DNA of 64,000 nucleotides from a virus (taxonomy: Duplodnaviria > Caudoviricetes), in the IMG/VR virus record IMGVR_UViG_2840619991_000006, positions 1 to 64,000 of that record; one strand, 5' to 3'. The notes under the pieces were generated by a model, which was not told the origin of the DNA, ran no database searches, and saw only the letters and a program-made list of their open reading frames with translations. Both the position numbers and the translations under genes were made by a program. Shown here in pieces: positions 61,085 to 64,000 of this stretch. Position 1 is the stretch's first letter; the number at the start of each line of letters is the position of its first letter.

Positions 61085-61191
61085 TCCAACCTCTGCCGGT
61101 TTGGCCGGACGTCGCGTGAAAGGTCGCGATCGGTACCGGTGAAATTCGGCTGAGGGTGCGCGATAGGGGAGGGCGGCGTCAAGAAGCGATG

Positions 61192-61229
61192 GGTGTGGGG
61201 TTAGGCGACCGGTCGCTTTACCCCACACC
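61192..61229. repeat. head-to-head iteron pair between repA and parA
   Basis: GGTGTGGGGTTAGGCGACC/GGTCGCTTTACCCCACACC. Confidence 0.75.
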
Positions 61230-61230
61230 G

Positions 61231-62157
61231 TCACGCGGTCAAGCGGGCAATCGGAGGCCGGCTCGGATGGAGGATGAACCCTTCGTCAGCCCCCTCGACC
61301 TTGGCGCCGGGGTAAGCGGCAAGGGCGTACTGCATGGCCTGGACGAAGCGCGGCTTGAAGTGCTTCATCTGGTCATAACCGGCGCCGAACTGGCCGTAGA
61401 GGGACGCCCAGGTGATCGGCTGCGGCTTCTGGAGCGAGTGCAGGCGGTAGGCGAGCCAGACATAGAGGTCCAAGCTCAGGCTGCGATCCTTGAGCTGGCG
61501 AATAGCTTCCTCCAGCAAGGGGACTGGATGATCCTGGAGAGCCTGGAAGAACGTCTCGTCAAGCTGGACCAGATCTTCCCAAAGAGAGCCTTGCCGTTCA
61601 TCGGTGGCGTTGTCATGGAAGATCAGGCCGCGCTTGACGATGCCGCCTTTCTCGAACGCATCGGCTTCGGCACCATCCCAGAAGAATTTCAGGCCACATG
61701 CAGAGATGCGAAGGGACTGTTCCCGGAAGCCTTTGAAGGTTTCCCCGCCGACGCTTATCCCCATGCGGGTCAGCCAGTCTCGCATCGAGCGCCCGAGCTC
61801 GACTTCGCGGCGCCCGGTTCGAATCGCTTGTGTCTGGAGGTAGATCAAAATCATGCGGGCTCGGGCGCCGTAGGGGACGCCGAACAGCTTCATCTTGCCG
61901 TTGACCTTTAACCGGCCTGGCTCGACAAGCAGCGTCACCTGATGGCCGCGCTTTTCCCAAGGGGCATCGTCGGCGAGCTTCTTGTGTGGCAGACTGGTGA
62001 GGCAGAAGCCGGAGTAGGTGATGCCCAGGTTCTGGCGGTCATCGGCGAGGATTTCGGCGGCGATGTCGACCAGTGGTCGATCTTCCGGACGCACCATGGC
62101 CCGAGCGACTTCGCGCCCGTGCTTGATGACCAGTTCGTGTATATCGCCCATGACCAT
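61231..62157 (-). CDS. repA: plasmid replication initiator RepA (RepA_C family)
   Basis: CLTSLPH, GVPYGARARMIL, HPVPL, LDLYVWLAYRL, L..QFG. Confidence 0.88.
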   Translation of the reverse strand: MVMGDIHELVIKHGREVARAMVRPEDRPLVDIAAEILADDRQNLGITYSGFCLTSLPHKKLADDAPWEKRGHQVTLLVEPGRLKVNGKMKLFGVPYGARARMILIYLQTQAIRTGRREVELGRSMRDWLTRMGISVGGETFKGFREQSLRISACGLKFFWDGAEADAFEKGGIVKRGLIFHDNATDERQGSLWEDLVQLDETFFQALQDHPVPLLEEAIRQLKDRSLSLDLYVWLAYRLHSLQKPQPITWASLYGQFGAGYDQMKHFKPRFVQAMQYALAAYPGAKVEGADEGFILHPSRPPIARLTA

Positions 62158-62205
62158 CCCTCAACATCTCGCAGCATGCTGCTGGGTGACTGTCCGAGAG
62201 TCAAT

Positions 62206-62451
62206 GTGGGGATAAGCGACCAAGCTATTTGTTGGTATTAGGATTCATAACTAGTTGATTCGTCGCTTTACCCCACGGGAAAAACCGAGTCGTGCCGCTT
62301 CTCCCCACGGTGCGGTCGCTTTACCCCATGGGACAAGAGCGTATTGTCGTTCTGATGGTCGCCTTACCCCACGGGAAAACGGAGCTGGTCGCTTCTCCCC
62401 ACGGGATGGAATCTGCGAATCGGGAGGCGAGCTTTGGTCGCTTCTCCCCAC
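62206..62451. repeat. iteron array / plasmid oriV
   Basis: GTCGCTTYWCCCCAC-type copies at 62262, 62294, 62315, 62358, 62388 and 62437, an inverted copy at 62206-62221, AT-rich 62222-62260. Confidence 0.88.
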
Positions 62452-62557
62452 ACCTCGGAGTCTATATCGTCAGGCAGCCGGGATCGCACGGATTCCGGAA
62501 GGTCAGAGTGCTGATCGATTTCTTCGCGGAGCAGTTTTCGTCGAATTCCGGAACTGG

Positions 62558-62902
62558 TCAGCGAGATGTGGACTGGCCTTTAGTGGCCAAGCGCTGCTCC
62601 TGAAATGCAATGCCCCAGTCCCGCATAGCCATCAATACGGGTGTGAGCGTTTGCCCGAACGGAGTGAGCGAATACTCCACGCGCGGAGGGACCTCGGCGA
62701 ACACTTCCCGGGCGACGATCCCGTCGGCTTCAAGGTCGCGGAGTTGCATCGTGAGAGACCGCTGGCTCGGGTCCCCGACCAGGCGGCGCAACTCGCCGAA
62801 ACGACGTGGACCGTCCAGAAGGCGGTAGATGATCATCGGCTTCCACTTGCCTCCGATGACGTCGACGGTGGATTCGACAGCGCATTTCTGGCCACCTGTC
62901 AT
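62558..62902 (-). CDS. HxlR-family winged-helix regulator
   Basis: C.VE....IGGKWK, RRFGEL, LT.QLR.LE.DG, PPRVEYSLT. Confidence 0.9.
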   Translation of the reverse strand: MTGGQKCAVESTVDVIGGKWKPMIIYRLLDGPRRFGELRRLVGDPSQRSLTMQLRDLEADGIVAREVFAEVPPRVEYSLTPFGQTLTPVLMAMRDWGIAFQEQRLATKGQSTSR

Positions 62903-63013
62903 TGATCGCTCCAATCGTGTACTTTCTATCCCTATAGGCGAAACTGTTGCCTACTTGCAAGTTCGCCTGCGTCGCGCCTAGTTGGAAGCAGACAATTCGA
63001 GAGGTGCATCATC

Positions 63014-64000
63014 ATGCGAGCTGCTTTCTACGACAGACAGGGAACTGCGACGGAAGTGCTGGCGATTGGGGACCTGCCCGATCCGCAGCCGGGAGCCGGG
63101 GAGGTCCGGGTGAGGGTAGTCGCCTCCGGCATCAATCCTTCCGACATCAAGACGAGGACCGGTTTTGGAGGCAAGGCTATGCCGTTCCCGCGGATTGTGC
63201 CGCATCAGGACGGAGCGGGGGTCATTGATGATGTCGGCCCCGGCGTGCCTGAAGAGCGCATCGGCGAGCGGGTCTGGGTCTACATGGCGCAGACGGGGAG
63301 GGCGTTCGGTACCGCGGCCGAATTCGTTGTCGTGCCTTCCGTGCAGGCCGTCAAGCTTGCGGGCAACGTGTCGTTCGAGATCGGCGCGTCCCTCGGCGTC
63401 CCGGCGATGACTGCTCACCGGTGCTTGTTTGCGGACGGTGACCTGCGCGGCAAGCGGGTTCTCGTCCAGGGAGGAGCGGGCGCCGTGGGTAATGCGGCGA
63501 TCCTCCTTGCGAAATGGGCGGGGGCGTGGGTGGCGGCGACGGTGAGCCGCGACGAACAGGCCGATGTCGCGCGAGCGGCCGGTGCCGATCTCGTCGTCAA
63601 CAGGCATGAGGAAAACGTCTCCCAGGCAGTAAGATTTGCGACCGTCGGCCACGGCGTCGACCGCATCGTTGACGTGGACATCGCCGCCAACATTGACTTA
63701 GCGATCGCCTGTCTCGCATGCGACGGCGTCATCTCAGCCTATTCGACGAAATCGCCGGATGCCTCTCTCACAATCCCGTTCTTCCCGGCACTGCTAGGCG
63801 GCTTCTCGTTCCGTTTCGTCTACGTCTACACCATGCCGGAAGCAGCGATGCGGCAGGCGGTCGAGGAGGTCTCCGCCTGTGCCGCGTCCGGGGCATATGC
63901 CCCTCGGATCGCCAAGACATATGATCTCGACGCAGTGGCCGAAGCACACGAGTTCCAGGATAGCGGCAAGGCGGTCGGGAAAATCCTCGTCCAATTGCAG
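63014..64000 (+). CDS. NADPH:quinone oxidoreductase (MDR family), runs off the window end
   Basis: MRAAFY.., GINPSD, PHQDGAG, GGAGAVG, ..GKILV; divergent from hxlR. Confidence 0.88.
   Translation, partial: MRAAFYDRQGTATEVLAIGDLPDPQPGAGEVRVRVVASGINPSDIKTRTGFGGKAMPFPRIVPHQDGAGVIDDVGPGVPEERIGERVWVYMAQTGRAFGTAAEFVVVPSVQAVKLAGNVSFEIGASLGVPAMTAHRCLFADGDLRGKRVLVQGGAGAVGNAAILLAKWAGAWVAATVSRDEQADVARAAGADLVVNRHEENVSQAVRFATVGHGVDRIVDVDIAANIDLAIACLACDGVISAYSTKSPDASLTIPFFPALLGGFSFRFVYVYTMPEAAMRQAVEEVSACAASGAYAPRIAKTYDLDAVAEAHEFQDSGKAVGKILVQLQ

Noticed and set aside
62262-62451. CRISPR array
   Set aside because: Repeats are only about 15 bp with irregular 6-34 bp gaps, lie next to repA and have no cas genes; they are iterons
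62558-64000. hxlR/quinone oxidoreductase pair as a novel system
   Set aside because: Common divergent redox-stress module; ordinary cargo

Overview
GC-rich alphaproteobacterial (Azospirillum/Rhodospirillales-like, inferred) mobile element, best read as the non-structural half of a temperate phage-plasmid. It has a lambdoid switch (cro 33609-33884, cI 33979-34356) with five 17-bp GTTGC-N7-GCAAC operators in two clusters about 5 kb apart. A leftward early operon encodes CII-like, RuvC-like, MT-A70, GcrA-like, DnaB and DUF1376 initiator proteins plus an Mrr_N-fused methyltransferase. A rightward early operon encodes RecE/RecT, an SMC-like ATPase, a zinc-finger RNase HI and a C5 methyltransferase with 8 internal repeats. 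A second, plasmid-type replicon (RepA, iterons, ParA) lies near the right end. The left end carries DNA-modification/anti-defence genes (HhH, Mom, HAD, ASCH, Nmad3, LPD29), a Strawberry-notch MTase/helicase with a class-3 intein, and a diguanylate cyclase. The most unusual feature is a cassette inside the immunity region (2 SHOCT lipoproteins, EamA transporter, PAS-LuxR sensor, GRDP-like protein, repressor-mimic small ORF antisense to cI), a candidate signal-responsive lysis-lysogeny module. I saw no capsid/tail genes, integrase, tRNA or CRISPR. All family calls come from recognising motifs by eye; no database was searched.
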